DNA of 64,000 nt from Candidatus Methanoperedenaceae archaeon (GCA_963753595.1 CAVWCX010000014.1:1-64000), one strand, 5' to 3'; positions 1 through 11,332 are shown, counted from the stretch's first letter. Made by a program: numbers and translations. Notes: generated by a model not told the origin, from the letters alone.

Positions 1-720
1 GTGGAATTCAAGGGACATCTTGAACACGGAATTCTTGGTATAGCAGGCCCTGTAATAGCAGGAATACACCTGCCGATCCACAGGATCGGGGAAGTTCAAA
101 TATTACTTCTATTGTGTTTCGCTATAGGGATACTCCACGTTCTTCTCGGATATATAATCGGGTTCAGAAATGAGGCCATAGAACATGATCTCAAGCATGC
201 GATATATGCAAAAGGAAGCTGGATGATGATATTAATTGGCGGGGTATCGTTAATAGCGAAGATGATGCCTGCATTGATGTCAAAATCGGCAATGCCAACA
301 GGCGACCCGATATTTCTTGCCGGAGCGGGATTAATGCTCATTGGAATTATCCTTTTGATAAAAGGCGAGGGTTTCATTTCAGTACTTGAATTACCAACGC
401 TTTTGAGTAATATATTATCATACTCAAGAATTCTGGCAATAGGTCTTTCCTCTGCAGGAATAGCGCTTGCAGTAAACACGATAGCTATGGATCTTTTCAT
501 AAGACCGGAAGGTGTTTATTTTGGCGGGGGAATAATACTTGCCCTGGCAGGTGTGGTAGTTCTTTTCATAGGGCATTTAATAAATTTGTTATTAGGGATC
601 CTGGGCCCGGGACTCCATTCATTGAGACTTCAGTATGTGGAGTTTTTCACTAAATTTTATGAAGGGGGCGGTACAAAGTACCTTCCCTTTGGTCATAAAC
701 GAAAATTTACGGAGGAATAA
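1..720 (+). CDS. atpI: A1Ao ATP synthase subunit I (a), 5'-truncated by window
   Basis: Hydrophobic C-terminal domain with LSNILSYSRILA and LHSLRLQYVEFFTKFYEGGG motifs; first gene of the operon. Confidence 0.95.
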   Translation: MEFKGHLEHGILGIAGPVIAGIHLPIHRIGEVQILLLLCFAIGILHVLLGYIIGFRNEAIEHDLKHAIYAKGSWMMILIGGVSLIAKMMPALMSKSAMPTGDPIFLAGAGLMLIGIILLIKGEGFISVLELPTLLSNILSYSRILAIGLSSAGIALAVNTIAMDLFIRPEGVYFGGGIILALAGVVVLFIGHLINLLLGILGPGLHSLRLQYVEFFTKFYEGGGTKYLPFGHKRKFTEE

Positions 721-725
721 AAAAT

Positions 726-983
726 ATGGTAGATCCATCAGTTATAGATCCATCAGTTGTAGCAGCAAATGCAAAAGGAATGATTGCGATTGGAGCAGGA
801 ATAGCAGTAGGACTTTGCGGAATTGGAGCCGCTATGGGTGAACAGGCCATTGGAGCCGCAGCAGTAGGCGCAATGGCAGAAGATGAAAAATTCTTTGGTA
901 AAGGTCTTTTAATGACAGTTATACCCGAATCCATAGCAATTTTCGGACTTGTAGTCGCTTTGATCTTATTGTTCGTATTCTAA
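726..983 (+). CDS. atpK: A1Ao ATP synthase subunit K (c, single-hairpin proteolipid)
   Basis: Two TM helices, IPESIAIFGLVVA ion-binding Glu motif; operon position. Confidence 0.95.
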   Translation: MVDPSVIDPSVVAANAKGMIAIGAGIAVGLCGIGAAMGEQAIGAAAVGAMAEDEKFFGKGLLMTVIPESIAIFGLVVALILLFVF

Positions 984-992
984 AGGTAAAAC

Positions 993-1544
993 ATGGGACT
1001 TGATGCGATAGTTGAGGAAATTAAGGCCAAGGGCAAGGCAGAAGCCTCGAAAATAAACCAGGAGACGTCTTTGGAAGTTTCTAAGATTATTGCAGATGCC
1101 CGGGCCAGCGTAGATAAAATAAAAGCTGCCAAACAAGAAGCTGTCAAGAAAGAAATCGATAGAATAAAACAACAGGAACTGTCAAGTGCCAATCTTGAGG
1201 TCAAAAAGGCAAAACTCAATGCCCGCAAGGAAATCCTTGATGAGGTATATGAGGAAACCAAAGAAATGATCTCAAAACTTCCGGCTGAGAAGAACCAAAA
1301 AATCCTGAAATCGATCATTGGAAAAAATGAATCTGATAATAGTAAAATATATTCAAGAAGTAAAGATAAATCAACAGTTTCAAAAATGACGAAACTGGAA
1401 TTTGCCGGTGAAATCGATTGCATCGGTGGCATTGTTATGGAAAATGCTGACGGAAGCGTTGTTCTGGACTTCAAGTATGACATGATACTGAAAAATGTCA
1501 GTGAACAATCATTAAAACAGGTTTCGGATATCTTATTTGGGTGA
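993..1544 (+). CDS. atpE: A1Ao ATP synthase subunit E
   Basis: MGLDAIVEEI start, coiled coil, IDCIGGIVMENADGSV motif, ends ILFG. Confidence 0.93.
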   Translation: MGLDAIVEEIKAKGKAEASKINQETSLEVSKIIADARASVDKIKAAKQEAVKKEIDRIKQQELSSANLEVKKAKLNARKEILDEVYEETKEMISKLPAEKNQKILKSIIGKNESDNSKIYSRSKDKSTVSKMTKLEFAGEIDCIGGIVMENADGSVVLDFKYDMILKNVSEQSLKQVSDILFG

Positions 1545-2572
1545 AAAAAGGAATGGGAAAATCACAAGCAGTCAAATATGCGTATATAGTGGCCAGGGTT
1601 CGGGCTATGAAAGGTAAACTCATCCCGAAGGAAATGTATCCCAAATTCCTTAACATGGATATACCTGAGATCACACGATTCATCGGGGAATCCGAGTATA
1701 AGAATGAGGTTGATGAACTTGGAAAGAAGTATAAGGGTACTGACCTTTTTGAACATGCATTGAACCAGAACCTTGCTTTGACTTACCGCAAGTTGATCGA
1801 AGTATCCCAGGATGAGGCCAATAACATCATAACTGAATATCTTAGATACTGGGATATATGGAACATAAAAACCATACTGCGTGGAAAATTCTCTGGAGCA
1901 AACGAAGAAGAGATCCTTGAAGATGTGGTTTCTGCGGGCCAGTTAAGATACAGGGATCTATTGGAGATCATCAAGATCGGGACCGTTGAGGGAGTTATTG
2001 CAGCTTTATCAAAAACACCCTATTATCCCGCGCTTTCTGGTTATAAAGGAGTTCTGTCAGATATCGAGAACAACCTGGATAAGCTGTATTATACCAGCCT
2101 TATAAAAGCAGGCGAAAGTTCAAAAGACAAGTTTTTCCTGAAATTCCTGAGGACTGAAATAGATTTGAAGAACCTGAAGATCCTCTTCAGGATGAAACGT
2201 GCAGGAATGGAACGCGAGGAAATCCTCAAACTTTTGATCCCGGGGGGTACCGAACTTAAGGAAGCACAACTTGGCAGGCTTGCAGGGCTACCTTTTCCCG
2301 AATTTGTGAGGGCCCTTGAAGAATTTTCCTACTGGAAAGCAATAGCAGACATAAGTAATGATTTGACTTCCCTTATCAATATTGAAACACGGTTTGATAA
2401 ATACGGTCTTGTAAATATTACCAGGATATCATATTATTATCCGCTTTCAATCCTTCCGGTTCTTGATTATATCGTGAGCAAGAAACTTGAAGTGGATAAT
2501 CTGCGAATCATTGTACGAGGAAAAGAAACGAAACTTCCTGAGGAAATAATAAAAGCCCACCTGGTGATGTAG
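1541..2572 (+). CDS. atpC: A1Ao ATP synthase subunit C
   Basis: YAYIVARVRAMKGKL, WDIWNIKTILRGK, EVDNLRIIVRGK motifs. Confidence 0.93.
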   Translation: MKKGMGKSQAVKYAYIVARVRAMKGKLIPKEMYPKFLNMDIPEITRFIGESEYKNEVDELGKKYKGTDLFEHALNQNLALTYRKLIEVSQDEANNIITEYLRYWDIWNIKTILRGKFSGANEEEILEDVVSAGQLRYRDLLEIIKIGTVEGVIAALSKTPYYPALSGYKGVLSDIENNLDKLYYTSLIKAGESSKDKFFLKFLRTEIDLKNLKILFRMKRAGMEREEILKLLIPGGTELKEAQLGRLAGLPFPEFVRALEEFSYWKAIADISNDLTSLINIETRFDKYGLVNITRISYYYPLSILPVLDYIVSKKLEVDNLRIIVRGKETKLPEEIIKAHLVM

Positions 2573-2872
2573 ATGGAAATAGCAGTTGTTGGAAATAGTG
2601 ATTTTGTTATTGGATTTCGGCTTGCAGGCATCAGGAAAATATTTGATGCAACCTCAAGCGATATGGAATCAAAGATCCAGAGCGTATTGAATGATAAAAC
2701 CGTAGCTATCCTTGTAGTGCATAATGATGACCTTAGAATGTTATCCCCGCATATGCAGCAAACACTTGATGACTCAGTTGAGCCAACGGTGATAGCCATC
2801 GGCGGAAAGGGTGAGAGTACAAACCTCAGGGATAAGATAAAACAAGCGGTGGGTGTAGATCTCTGGAAATAA
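2573..2872 (+). CDS. atpF: A1Ao ATP synthase subunit F
   Basis: MEIAVVG..FVIGFRLAGI and LRDKIKQAVGVDLWK. Confidence 0.95.
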   Translation: MEIAVVGNSDFVIGFRLAGIRKIFDATSSDMESKIQSVLNDKTVAILVVHNDDLRMLSPHMQQTLDDSVEPTVIAIGGKGESTNLRDKIKQAVGVDLWK

Positions 2873-2895
2873 TACTAATTATATTTAAATAGCAG

Positions 2896-4641
2896 GTGTC
2901 ACAGATGAAAAATCAAGGTAAAATTTATAGGATATCAGGACCTGTCGTTATTATCACCGGCTTAAATACCAAGATGTATGATGTGGTAAAAGTCGGAAAT
3001 GAAGGCCTGATGGGTGAGGTTATAGGTATTGAAGGAGAAAAATCCACAGTACAGGTTTATGAAGAAACATCAGGAGTAAGACCTGGCGAACCGGTAGAAA
3101 ATACTGGCATGTCACTTTCTGTCGAACTTGGACCCGGACTTCTTGAGAGCATATACGATGGTATCCAGCGTCCTCTTCCCGTATTAAAGGAAAAGATGGG
3201 CGACTTTATCAAGCGCGGTGTTTCTGCGAACGGTCTGTCTCGCGAGAAAGAATGGGATTTTGTCCCCACAGTTAAAAAAGGCGATAAAATTAACGGTGGA
3301 GATATAATTGGAACAGTCCAGGAAACATTGAACATCGAGCACAGGATTCTTGTCCCGCCCACAATTTCAGGAACTATAGGCACGATAAAGAAAGGAAAAT
3401 TCAAAGTCGATGAAGTTATCTGCACCCTTGCAGACGGCAAGGAACTCACAATGATGCAGAAATGGCCTGTCAGGAAGCCAAGGCCAGTAAGCAAAAAAAT
3501 GACACCGACCACACCACTGATCACAGGCCAGAGGATCCTCGATGGTCTCTTCCCTGTTGCAAAAGGCGGAACGGCAGCTATTCCCGGTCCGTTCGGAAGC
3601 GGAAAAACAGTTACGCAGCAGCAGCTTGCAAAATGGAGCGATACAGAGATCGTGGTATATATCGGATGCGGCGAACGCGGCAATGAAATGGCGGATGTTC
3701 TATACGAATTCCCTGAGATCAAAGATCCTAAAACAGGCCGGCCTTTAATGGAGCGAACTGTTCTTATCGCAAATACATCCAACATGCCAGTAGCAGCAAG
3801 GGAAGCTTCGGTTTATACAGGAATTACCATCGCTGAATATTACAGGGACATGGGTTATGATGTATCCCTGATGGCCGATTCAACATCCCGCTGGGCAGAA
3901 GCAATGAGAGAAATATCATCACGTCTTGAAGAAATGCCAGGTGAAGAAGGATATCCGGCTTATCTTGCAGCAAGATTATCAGAATTTTACGAGAGGGCAG
4001 GAAAAGTAAAAGCCCTGTCCGGAAAAGAAGGCTCAATTACTGTAATCGGGGCAGTTTCACCTCCGGGTGGTGACTTCTCAGAGCCAATTACACAGAATAC
4101 CCTTCGTATCGTCAAAGTATTCTGGGCACTTGATGCCAAGCTTGCACAGAGAAGACATTTCCCCTCAATTAACTGGCTTAACAGTTATTCATTATATACC
4201 AAAGCTCTTGGACCATGGTATGATGAACATGTGTCTCCTGACTGGGTAAAACTCAGGAACGATGCAATGGAACTTCTCCAGAAGGAATCGGAACTCCAGG
4301 AAATTGTCCAGTTAGTGGGTTCGGATGCACTTCCGGAAGACCAGCAATTGACTCTTGAGGTAGCAAGAATGATCCGAGAATATTTCCTGCAGCAGAATGC
4401 GTATCATGAAGTTGATACGTTCTGTCCGATGGATAAACAATTCAAACTATTGAAATCTATCATGTCATGGGGCGATAAAGCCCATAATGCACTGGACAGC
4501 GGTGCGCCTATTGAAGATATAATGAAATTGAAAACAAAAGACGACCTTGCCAAAGTTAAATATGAGAAAGAATTTGATAAGGCGCTTGGCGTGATCCTGA
4601 AAAGCATGGAAGATGAGTTTTCAAAACTAAGAGGTAAGTAA
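2896..4641 (+). CDS. atpA: A1Ao ATP synthase subunit A (catalytic); start may be ATG 2905
   Basis: P-loop [26 protein letters not shown]; length leaves no room for an intein. Confidence 0.98.
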   Translation: MSQMKNQGKIYRISGPVVIITGLNTKMYDVVKVGNEGLMGEVIGIEGEKSTVQVYEETSGVRPGEPVENTGMSLSVELGPGLLESIYDGIQRPLPVLKEKMGDFIKRGVSANGLSREKEWDFVPTVKKGDKINGGDIIGTVQETLNIEHRILVPPTISGTIGTIKKGKFKVDEVICTLADGKELTMMQKWPVRKPRPVSKKMTPTTPLITGQRILDGLFPVAKGGTAAIPGPFGSGKTVTQQQLAKWSDTEIVVYIGCGERGNEMADVLYEFPEIKDPKTGRPLMERTVLIANTSNMPVAAREASVYTGITIAEYYRDMGYDVSLMADSTSRWAEAMREISSRLEEMPGEEGYPAYLAARLSEFYERAGKVKALSGKEGSITVIGAVSPPGGDFSEPITQNTLRIVKVFWALDAKLAQRRHFPSINWLNSYSLYTKALGPWYDEHVSPDWVKLRNDAMELLQKESELQEIVQLVGSDALPEDQQLTLEVARMIREYFLQQNAYHEVDTFCPMDKQFKLLKSIMSWGDKAHNALDSGAPIEDIMKLKTKDDLAKVKYEKEFDKALGVILKSMEDEFSKLRGK

Positions 4642-4642
4642 C

Positions 4643-6037
4643 ATGACAAAAGAATACAAGACAATCAGGCAGATCTCAGGCCCGCTTATCTTTGTTGAAA
4701 AGACAGAACCTGTAGGTTATAATGAACTGGTAAATATCAATCTTCCGGATGGGACCACCAAAAGGGGGCAGGTTCTTGATACCTCAGATGATATCGTTGT
4801 AGTTCAGGTTTTCGAAGGAACAGGCGGCCTTAACAGGGAATGTGGCGTCAGGTTCACAGGTGAAACGATCAAACTGCCGGTTTCAAAAGACCTTCTGGGA
4901 AGGATCTTATCAGGGGCAGGCGAGCCTTTAGATGGTGGGCCGCGCATTGTTCCCGAGGACAGGCTTGAAATAACAGGTGCAGCTATCAACCCTTATGCAA
5001 GACTTCCGCCCAAGGATTTCATCCAGACAGGCATATCCACTATAGATGGAATGAATACACTTGTTCGCGGACAGAAACTTCCGATCTTCTCAGGATCGGG
5101 TCTTCCTCATAATGAGATAGCACTCCAGATCGCGCGACAGGCCAGGGTCAGGGGTTCGAATGAACCATTCGCAGTAGTATTTGCTGCAATGGGTATCACC
5201 AATGAGGAAGCCCAGTACTTCATGGCTGACTTTGAGCGCACGGGCGCGCTTGAGCGGGCAGTGGTTTTCCTGAATCTTGCAGATGATCCTGCCGTTGAAC
5301 GTCTCATCACGCCAAGACTTGCACTTACTGCAGCTGAATATCTTGCATACGAACATGATATGCATGTACTTGTTATCCTTACAGATATCACAAATTACTG
5401 TGAAGCGCTGCGCCAGATGGGGGCAGCTAGAGAAGAAGTTCCGGGAAGAAGAGGTTATCCCGGTTACATGTACACTGACCTTGCCTCATTATACGAACGC
5501 GCAGGCGTTGTAAAGGGAAGAAAAGGATCAGTAACCCAGTTCTCTATTTTATCCATGCCTGGTGACGATATCACACATCCGATACCGGATCTTTCAGGAT
5601 ATATCACCGAAGGGCAGATAGTTATTTCAAGGGAACTTCACAGGAAAGGAATATATCCTCCGGTAAATGTACTGCCATCATTATCAAGACTGATGAATTC
5701 AGGAATTGGCGCAACACGAACAAGGGAAGACCATAAAGCGGTGTCTGACCAGTGTTATGCGGCATATGCCGAAGGCAAGGACTTAAGAGGCCTGGTGGCT
5801 ATCGTGGGCAAGGATGCTCTCTCTGATAGAGACAAGAAATTCCTGGAATTTGCAGACATGTTCGAGGACAGGTTCGTGCGCCAGGGTGTTGATGAGAACA
5901 GGGATATTGAGACAACACTGAGCATCGGCTGGGAACTGCTTGCAGAACTTCCAGAAGCACAACTCACAAGGATCGATAACAAATACATCGAGAAGTACCA
6001 TCCTGCACATAAGGCAAAGAAAGGAAAACAGGAATAG
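4643..6037 (+). CDS. atpB: A1Ao ATP synthase subunit B
   Basis: [45 protein letters not shown]. Confidence 0.98.
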   Translation: MTKEYKTIRQISGPLIFVEKTEPVGYNELVNINLPDGTTKRGQVLDTSDDIVVVQVFEGTGGLNRECGVRFTGETIKLPVSKDLLGRILSGAGEPLDGGPRIVPEDRLEITGAAINPYARLPPKDFIQTGISTIDGMNTLVRGQKLPIFSGSGLPHNEIALQIARQARVRGSNEPFAVVFAAMGITNEEAQYFMADFERTGALERAVVFLNLADDPAVERLITPRLALTAAEYLAYEHDMHVLVILTDITNYCEALRQMGAAREEVPGRRGYPGYMYTDLASLYERAGVVKGRKGSVTQFSILSMPGDDITHPIPDLSGYITEGQIVISRELHRKGIYPPVNVLPSLSRLMNSGIGATRTREDHKAVSDQCYAAYAEGKDLRGLVAIVGKDALSDRDKKFLEFADMFEDRFVRQGVDENRDIETTLSIGWELLAELPEAQLTRIDNKYIEKYHPAHKAKKGKQE

Positions 6038-6038
6038 T

Positions 6039-6659
6039 ATGGCTATAAAGGACAACATAAAACCCACACGGTCAGAGCTTATTGAGCTTAAGAAGAAGAT
6101 CAAGCTCAGCCAGGGCGGTCATAAGCTTCTTAAGATGAAGCGGGATGGGTTGATCCTTGAACTTTTTGAGATACTTGAGAAGGCAAAAGATATCAGAAGT
6201 GAAGTGGAGAAGCAGTTCGCCCTTGCAACACAAAAGCTATCGATCGCCAAATCGGTCGATGGCGTGGTGGTTGTGAAATCCACTGCCTTTGCCCTGAAGG
6301 ATAACCCGAAACTTGAACTTGAAAGTAAGAACGTAATGGGAGTAGTTGTTCCCAAGATCGAGGCTTCAAGCGTACATAAGAACCTTTCTGAGCATGGTTA
6401 CGGTATTATCGGCACAAGCTCCCGTATTGATGAAGCCGTTGATTCCTATGAGATACTTGTTGAGAAGATAATCCAGGCCGCTGAGATCGAGACCACAATG
6501 AAGAAACTGCTTGAGGATATCGAAAAAACCAAACGCAGGGTAAATGCCCTTGAGTTCAAGGTCATCCCTGAGCTTGGTGAAGCCAAGGATTTCATTGTGC
6601 TGAGGCTTGAAGAGATGGAACGTGAGAATACTTTCAGGTTGAAGAGGATAAAAGGGTAA
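6039..6659 (+). CDS. atpD: A1Ao ATP synthase subunit D (true start ATG 6039)
   Basis: KPTRSELIELK..GHKLLKMKRDGL, KTKRRVNALE. Confidence 0.95.
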   Translation: MAIKDNIKPTRSELIELKKKIKLSQGGHKLLKMKRDGLILELFEILEKAKDIRSEVEKQFALATQKLSIAKSVDGVVVVKSTAFALKDNPKLELESKNVMGVVVPKIEASSVHKNLSEHGYGIIGTSSRIDEAVDSYEILVEKIIQAAEIETTMKKLLEDIEKTKRRVNALEFKVIPELGEAKDFIVLRLEEMERENTFRLKRIKG

Positions 6660-6662
6660 AAT

Positions 6663-7184
6663 TCATCCCATCTTTTTCGCCGCAAGTTCTATCGCTGCGA
6701 TCAGGCTGTCTTTTGGCATGATCGAAGTAACAGGGATGCGCAATATTTTTTCAACCGTGGTGCTTACAATAGGAGCGCATACAAGCGCCTTTGCACCCTC
6801 CCGTTCAGCTTTTACTGCGGCGATAATAGCTTCTTCCATTGAGGTTGCAGAATATTCCCTGATCGTGAGGAGCCGTCCGGCGACTTTTAATTTTTTCTCG
6901 ATGATGTAATCAAGAACAGGGCGCGCTGCGATAACTGCGATGAAATCATGTTTTTCAGTTCCTTCAATTTTACGAAGGACAGCGATGATCTGTCTTAAGG
7001 TCTTAATGTTAGGTTCGCGCTGGCCTGATAATAATTTGTATATTGTACTTGCAGGGATACCTGATTTTTCACTGAACTCCGCTGCTGTGGAATGAAGTTC
7101 ATCTTTAATTATTCTATGGAATTCCTTGATAAAAGCTTCATCTGATTCCATTGCTGCCTGTACCAGGTATTCTGAGGTCATCAC
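6663..7184 (-). CDS. XRE/HTH_3-type transcriptional regulator (conserved archaeal family)
   Basis: N-terminal HTH (AAEFSEKSGIPASTIYKLLSGQREPNIKTL) plus C-terminal alpha/beta domain (LVCAPIVS). Confidence 0.75.
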   Translation of the reverse strand: MMTSEYLVQAAMESDEAFIKEFHRIIKDELHSTAAEFSEKSGIPASTIYKLLSGQREPNIKTLRQIIAVLRKIEGTEKHDFIAVIAARPVLDYIIEKKLKVAGRLLTIREYSATSMEEAIIAAVKAEREGAKALVCAPIVSTTVEKILRIPVTSIMPKDSLIAAIELAAKKMG

Positions 7185-7268
7185 AAATGTAGATATATAT
7201 TGAGATTATTAATACGTTTGGGTGAATTGGAACTTAAATTTGCCTGCAAATCGCTTAATTTCCAGGAC

Positions 7269-8093
7269 TTACAGAATCCTGACAGGTATGCCTTTTTTCT
7301 TAAGATATTCTTTAGCCTCGCCTATCGTGTACTCACCAAAATGGAAAATACTTGCAGCAAGCGCTGCATCAGCTTTTCCTTTCGTGAAAGCATCGTACAT
7401 GTGCTCGATATTTCCGGCGCCGCCTGATGCTATAATGGGGATGTCAAGTGTTTCTGAAAGCATCCTTGTGATCGGGAGGTCATATCCGTCCTTTGTCCCA
7501 TCCTTATCCATGCTGGTGAGCAGTATCTCTCCCGAGCCGAGTTTTTCAACTTTTTGCGCCCACTGGACAGTATCAAGACCCGTTGGCGTCCTTCCTCCGT
7601 AGATCACGACCTCGTACCATGCTTTTGTGCCATTTTCAAGCTCTATTATTGTCTTGTCTTTGTTGTCCCTGATGTTGGTATTGCGCCTGCAATCGATAGC
7701 TGTCACGATACATTGGGCCCCAAATATTTCCGAGGACTCCCTCACGAAATCAGGGTTCTTGACCGCAGCCGTATTGATGGATACCTTATCCGCGCCTGCC
7801 CGCAGGATATTGCGTATGGCTTCGGTGCTGCTTATGCCGCCGCCTACCGTAAGAGGGATAAAAACCTCATCCGCTGTTCTTTCGATCACATCGATCATGG
7901 TCCCCCTGCGCTCACTGGATGCGGTTATGTCCAGGAAAACAAGCTCATCAGCTCCCTGTTCGTTATATCTTTTTGCCAGTTGCACAGGATCACCTGCTTC
8001 TTTCAGGTTAACAAATTCAATACCTTTTACAACGCAGCCACCTGTTTTATCAAGAGTTACATCAAGGCATGGGATTATTCGTTTTGTGAGCAT
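7269..8093 (-). CDS. hisF: Imidazole glycerol phosphate synthase subunit HisF
   Basis: [49 protein letters not shown]. Confidence 0.97.
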   Translation of the reverse strand: MLTKRIIPCLDVTLDKTGGCVVKGIEFVNLKEAGDPVQLAKRYNEQGADELVFLDITASSERRGTMIDVIERTADEVFIPLTVGGGISSTEAIRNILRAGADKVSINTAAVKNPDFVRESSEIFGAQCIVTAIDCRRNTNIRDNKDKTIIELENGTKAWYEVVIYGGRTPTGLDTVQWAQKVEKLGSGEILLTSMDKDGTKDGYDLPITRMLSETLDIPIIASGGAGNIEHMYDAFTKGKADAALAASIFHFGEYTIGEAKEYLKKKGIPVRIL

Positions 8094-8213
8094 TGGCTCT
8101 CCCTAGTTGTTTAAGAATGAAATAGTTTTTTGTTCTACATGATGATTAAAATTTAGTTTTATCCTCAAACTTTATTATGGTTAATGCAAATATAATTCAC
8201 AAGTGATTACTAA

Positions 8214-8714
8214 ATGAATGCCTGGTTCAAGTTTACGATCGTCCCTGTAATAATTGTTCTGATGGTAGCTGGCGCAGGATGCATAAATACACCTGTAAAG
8301 GTCAAGCCAGCCAATGAATCCGGAATATTGGCAGTAGAAGGTGGAGAGGATGTTGTCAGGGAAGTTGTAAATAACGAATGGGAAATCCTGGTTGAAGAAT
8401 TACCTCAAATGAATGGAATTGATTTTTATAAAAATGAGGGATATGGTATAACCAGGGTTAATTTTGGATATTTACCCGAATCAGGTATAGCAACATTATT
8501 GATTAAAAAAACAAGTGATGATTTCATAAATAAAACCAGAGGCGACTATTACGTCAGTGGAATAAGGATTCTCTTAAAAAAGAACTCGGGTGGTGAGTAT
8601 GATACAGGAATAATATCCTTCAAAAAAGATGAGACATTGGTAAAGATTTCTGTGCCTAAAGAGAAATTTGTAAGATTCAAAGTGGAAGAGGTAATAATTT
8701 CACCGGGGAAGTAG
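8214..8714 (+). CDS. Hypothetical secreted lipoprotein
   Basis: Signal peptide with lipobox-like VAGAGC; clean 166-aa ORF. Confidence 0.65.
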   Translation: MNAWFKFTIVPVIIVLMVAGAGCINTPVKVKPANESGILAVEGGEDVVREVVNNEWEILVEELPQMNGIDFYKNEGYGITRVNFGYLPESGIATLLIKKTSDDFINKTRGDYYVSGIRILLKKNSGGEYDTGIISFKKDETLVKISVPKEKFVRFKVEEVIISPGK

Positions 8715-8834
8715 GGGGGTTAAATTTGGTTCATGTTTTTATTTTATTTATTCATAATGCATAGGAAAGTTTTATATATTAAATAATTTATATTAAGTTC
8801 ATTTGATGGAATCGTATGCAATCATGAGCAAAAG

Positions 8835-10352
8835 GTGGTTGAAATGAAAGTACTTTTGGATACCAACATCATAATACTTCGTGAAACGAAAGATCCACCG
8901 AATGATGAAATTGGAAAACTATTTTGGTGGATTGATAAATTAGGATATCAGAAGTGTATTCATCAAGTTATAATAAATGAAATATCGAAAAATCAAAATA
9001 TTAAGGCTCGTGAGGCATTTTTTATAAAAATGGAAAGTTATCACAGTCTTCCAACCGTAGCTCCACTCAAGCCCGAAGTACAGACCGTCGCAAAGAAATA
9101 TGATACATCGGATAATGATCGAAACGATACACTCCTACTGAATGAAGTATTTTCTGAACGAGTAGATCTACTGATAACAGAAGATAGGAAAATCCATACA
9201 AAAGCTGTTGAATTGGGGATCAATGACAAAGTATTCACTATTGATGAATTCTTAGAAAAGGTTATTGCAGAGAATCCGGAGCTACTAGATTACAAAGTGC
9301 CTTCTATAAAAAAAGAATATTTTGGAAATATTAATTTGAAGGATAAATTCTTTGATAGCTTAAGAGGAGATTACGAAGGATTTGAAAAATGGTTCAACAA
9401 TAAATCTGATGAGACAGCATATATCTCAACCTCTGATGGGAGTATTGTTGCATTCCTTTATTTAAAGATTGAAAAGAAGGATCATCCCTATCCAGATATC
9501 ACACCAACATTCACACCTAAAAAGCGACTTAAGATAGGCACATTCAAAGTCCAATTAAACGGTTTTAAACTTGGCGAGAGGCTCTTGAAGATGGTTTTTG
9601 ATCATGCTTTACTTTTCTCTGTTGATGAAATATATGTTACCATCTTTCCAAAGCGAGAAGAATCAAAATTATTAGTCAATCTCTTGACGGATTATGGATT
9701 TCAATATTATGGAATAAAAAAATCTTCTTCCGGAATAGAGAATGTATATGTCCGGGATTTCGCTAGAAAAGCCAGTACGACATCCCCAAAAATCACATAT
9801 CCATTTATGTCTAAAAATGCTCGTAAATTTATAGTACCAATATATCCACAATATCATACCAATCTATTTCCTGATTCTATATTAAGTACAGAATCACCTC
9901 ATGATTTTGTTGAACTTGAACCATTTAGAAATGCAATATCCAAGGTTTATGTTTCAAGGTCTTTTTACCGTAATTTAAGGAGTGGCGATATTATCATATT
10001 TTACAGAACTGGAGGGTCTTATCACGCAGTTGTTACAACGCTTGGCATCGTTGAAAATGTATTTACAGCAATAAAGGACGAAAATCACTTTATTAATTTA
10101 TGTAGAAAAAGGAGTGTCTTCTCCGTTGAAGACCTTAAAAAACAATGGGCTTATTCAAAATATCGACCTTTTGTAGTAAATTTCCTTTATTCTTATTCAT
10201 TTCCAAAACGTATTAACCTAAAACGTCTTATTGAGCTAGGTATTATTCGAGACGTACAATCTGTCCCTCGTGGTTTTGAAGAAATATCTGATGAATCTTT
10301 CAATAAAATTATCAAGGAAACTAGTACTAATGGACATCTTATTATCGATTAA
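8835..10352 (+). CDS. PIN domain - GNAT acetyltransferase - EVE/ASCH(PUA)-like fusion protein
   Basis: PIN motifs VLLDTNIII and LLITEDRKI; GNAT-like AFLYLKIE..LKIGTFKV..GFKLGERLL; C-terminal KVYVSRS..LRSGDIIIFYRTG typical of EVE/PUA-like domains. Confidence 0.75.
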   Translation: MVEMKVLLDTNIIILRETKDPPNDEIGKLFWWIDKLGYQKCIHQVIINEISKNQNIKAREAFFIKMESYHSLPTVAPLKPEVQTVAKKYDTSDNDRNDTLLLNEVFSERVDLLITEDRKIHTKAVELGINDKVFTIDEFLEKVIAENPELLDYKVPSIKKEYFGNINLKDKFFDSLRGDYEGFEKWFNNKSDETAYISTSDGSIVAFLYLKIEKKDHPYPDITPTFTPKKRLKIGTFKVQLNGFKLGERLLKMVFDHALLFSVDEIYVTIFPKREESKLLVNLLTDYGFQYYGIKKSSSGIENVYVRDFARKASTTSPKITYPFMSKNARKFIVPIYPQYHTNLFPDSILSTESPHDFVELEPFRNAISKVYVSRSFYRNLRSGDIIIFYRTGGSYHAVVTTLGIVENVFTAIKDENHFINLCRKRSVFSVEDLKKQWAYSKYRPFVVNFLYSYSFPKRINLKRLIELGIIRDVQSVPRGFEEISDESFNKIIKETSTNGHLIID

Positions 10353-10842
10353 ACCTGAATATACAAAAAAAATATTCTCAGGAGAGAAAAAATACGAATT
10401 TCGTAGGCAAAGACCAAATTCAATAATCGAAATGGCTCTTATTTATGAATGTGCTCCCTCAAAAAATATCGTAGGTTGGTTTACTGTTAAAAGGATACTA
10501 TCCGGCTCGCCAAAAGAGATTTGGGAGAAATGCAAGAATTCAGGTGGGATTGAGAGAAAAAAATACTTTGCTTACTGTAACGGTAGAAAAGTCATTTACG
10601 CTTTAGAAATTGATAGCATTCTACAGTTCAAAACCCCAATAAATCCGTTCGATATTTGTTCTGATTTTAGACCGCCTCAAAATTTCTCATATTTAGATCG
10701 TTCTCCTATATTTAATACTATTAAGATGTTTTTGGGCATTTCCAAGCAATCCGATCAAAAAATCATACCACAAACCCCTTCTCCTTATACCACTTCTCTA
10801 CTAAGCTGGAACTATGAATTGAGAAGGGATGTTAAATTGTAG
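10330..10842 (+). CDS. ASCH domain protein (true start ATG 10330, overlapping the upstream gene)
   Basis: MDILLSIKPEYTKKIFSGEKKYEFRR is the classic ASCH GxKxxExR motif; PPQNFSY near the C-terminus. Confidence 0.85.
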   Translation: MDILLSIKPEYTKKIFSGEKKYEFRRQRPNSIIEMALIYECAPSKNIVGWFTVKRILSGSPKEIWEKCKNSGGIERKKYFAYCNGRKVIYALEIDSILQFKTPINPFDICSDFRPPQNFSYLDRSPIFNTIKMFLGISKQSDQKIIPQTPSPYTTSLLSWNYELRRDVKL

Positions 10843-10918
10843 TTGATATCCATTCTTCGTAATTGGGATATTCTAAGTTTTCATTTCGTAAAAAGGACTT
10901 TAGTTTTTCAATTTCTAC

Positions 10919-11332
10919 CTACCCTTTCTTGATACGAATCTCAAATAAAATCAGTTTATCAAATTTCTTAACATAACTTTGAACAAAATCAATAACTTCT
11001 GGATTATTCTGAACTGAAGGGGGAATTGTTTTGTCATAAATCTCTTTTGGGATTTCATCAATAGATTTTACAATTAATCGATCGATTATAATGCCCCATA
11101 TTGGATTGTCTTTATATCCTCGTCTTATTTCGACAGTTCGACCTTTTCTTACGCTCCTTGAATTAAACAAGCCATTAACTCCTCGCATTTCCCACTCTTT
11201 TTCACCACTTACAAATAATTGATACCATCGTTCATCTAAAGGAATAAATAATCTTTTTTCGACATTGATTCGATCAACCCTCTGAGAAAGCTTAAAACCC
11301 TTGTACTTATCAAGTGTTAGTTGTCCAGCCAC
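10919..11332 (-). CDS. ASCH/PUA-like domain protein
   Basis: LDERWYQLFVSGEKEWEMRG..GRTVEIRRGY resembles the ASCH GxKxxExR motif. Confidence 0.6.
   Translation of the reverse strand: MAGQLTLDKYKGFKLSQRVDRINVEKRLFIPLDERWYQLFVSGEKEWEMRGVNGLFNSRSVRKGRTVEIRRGYKDNPIWGIIIDRLIVKSIDEIPKEIYDKTIPPSVQNNPEVIDFVQSYVKKFDKLILFEIRIKKG

Noticed and set aside
3057-3785. Long antisense ORFs (also 7554-8114, 26094-26816, 41397-41942)
   Set aside because: Shadow frames opposite well-supported genes
5940-6038. N-terminal extension of AtpD in the ORF track
   Set aside because: Overlaps atpB; ATG 6039 follows the atpB stop and matches the family start
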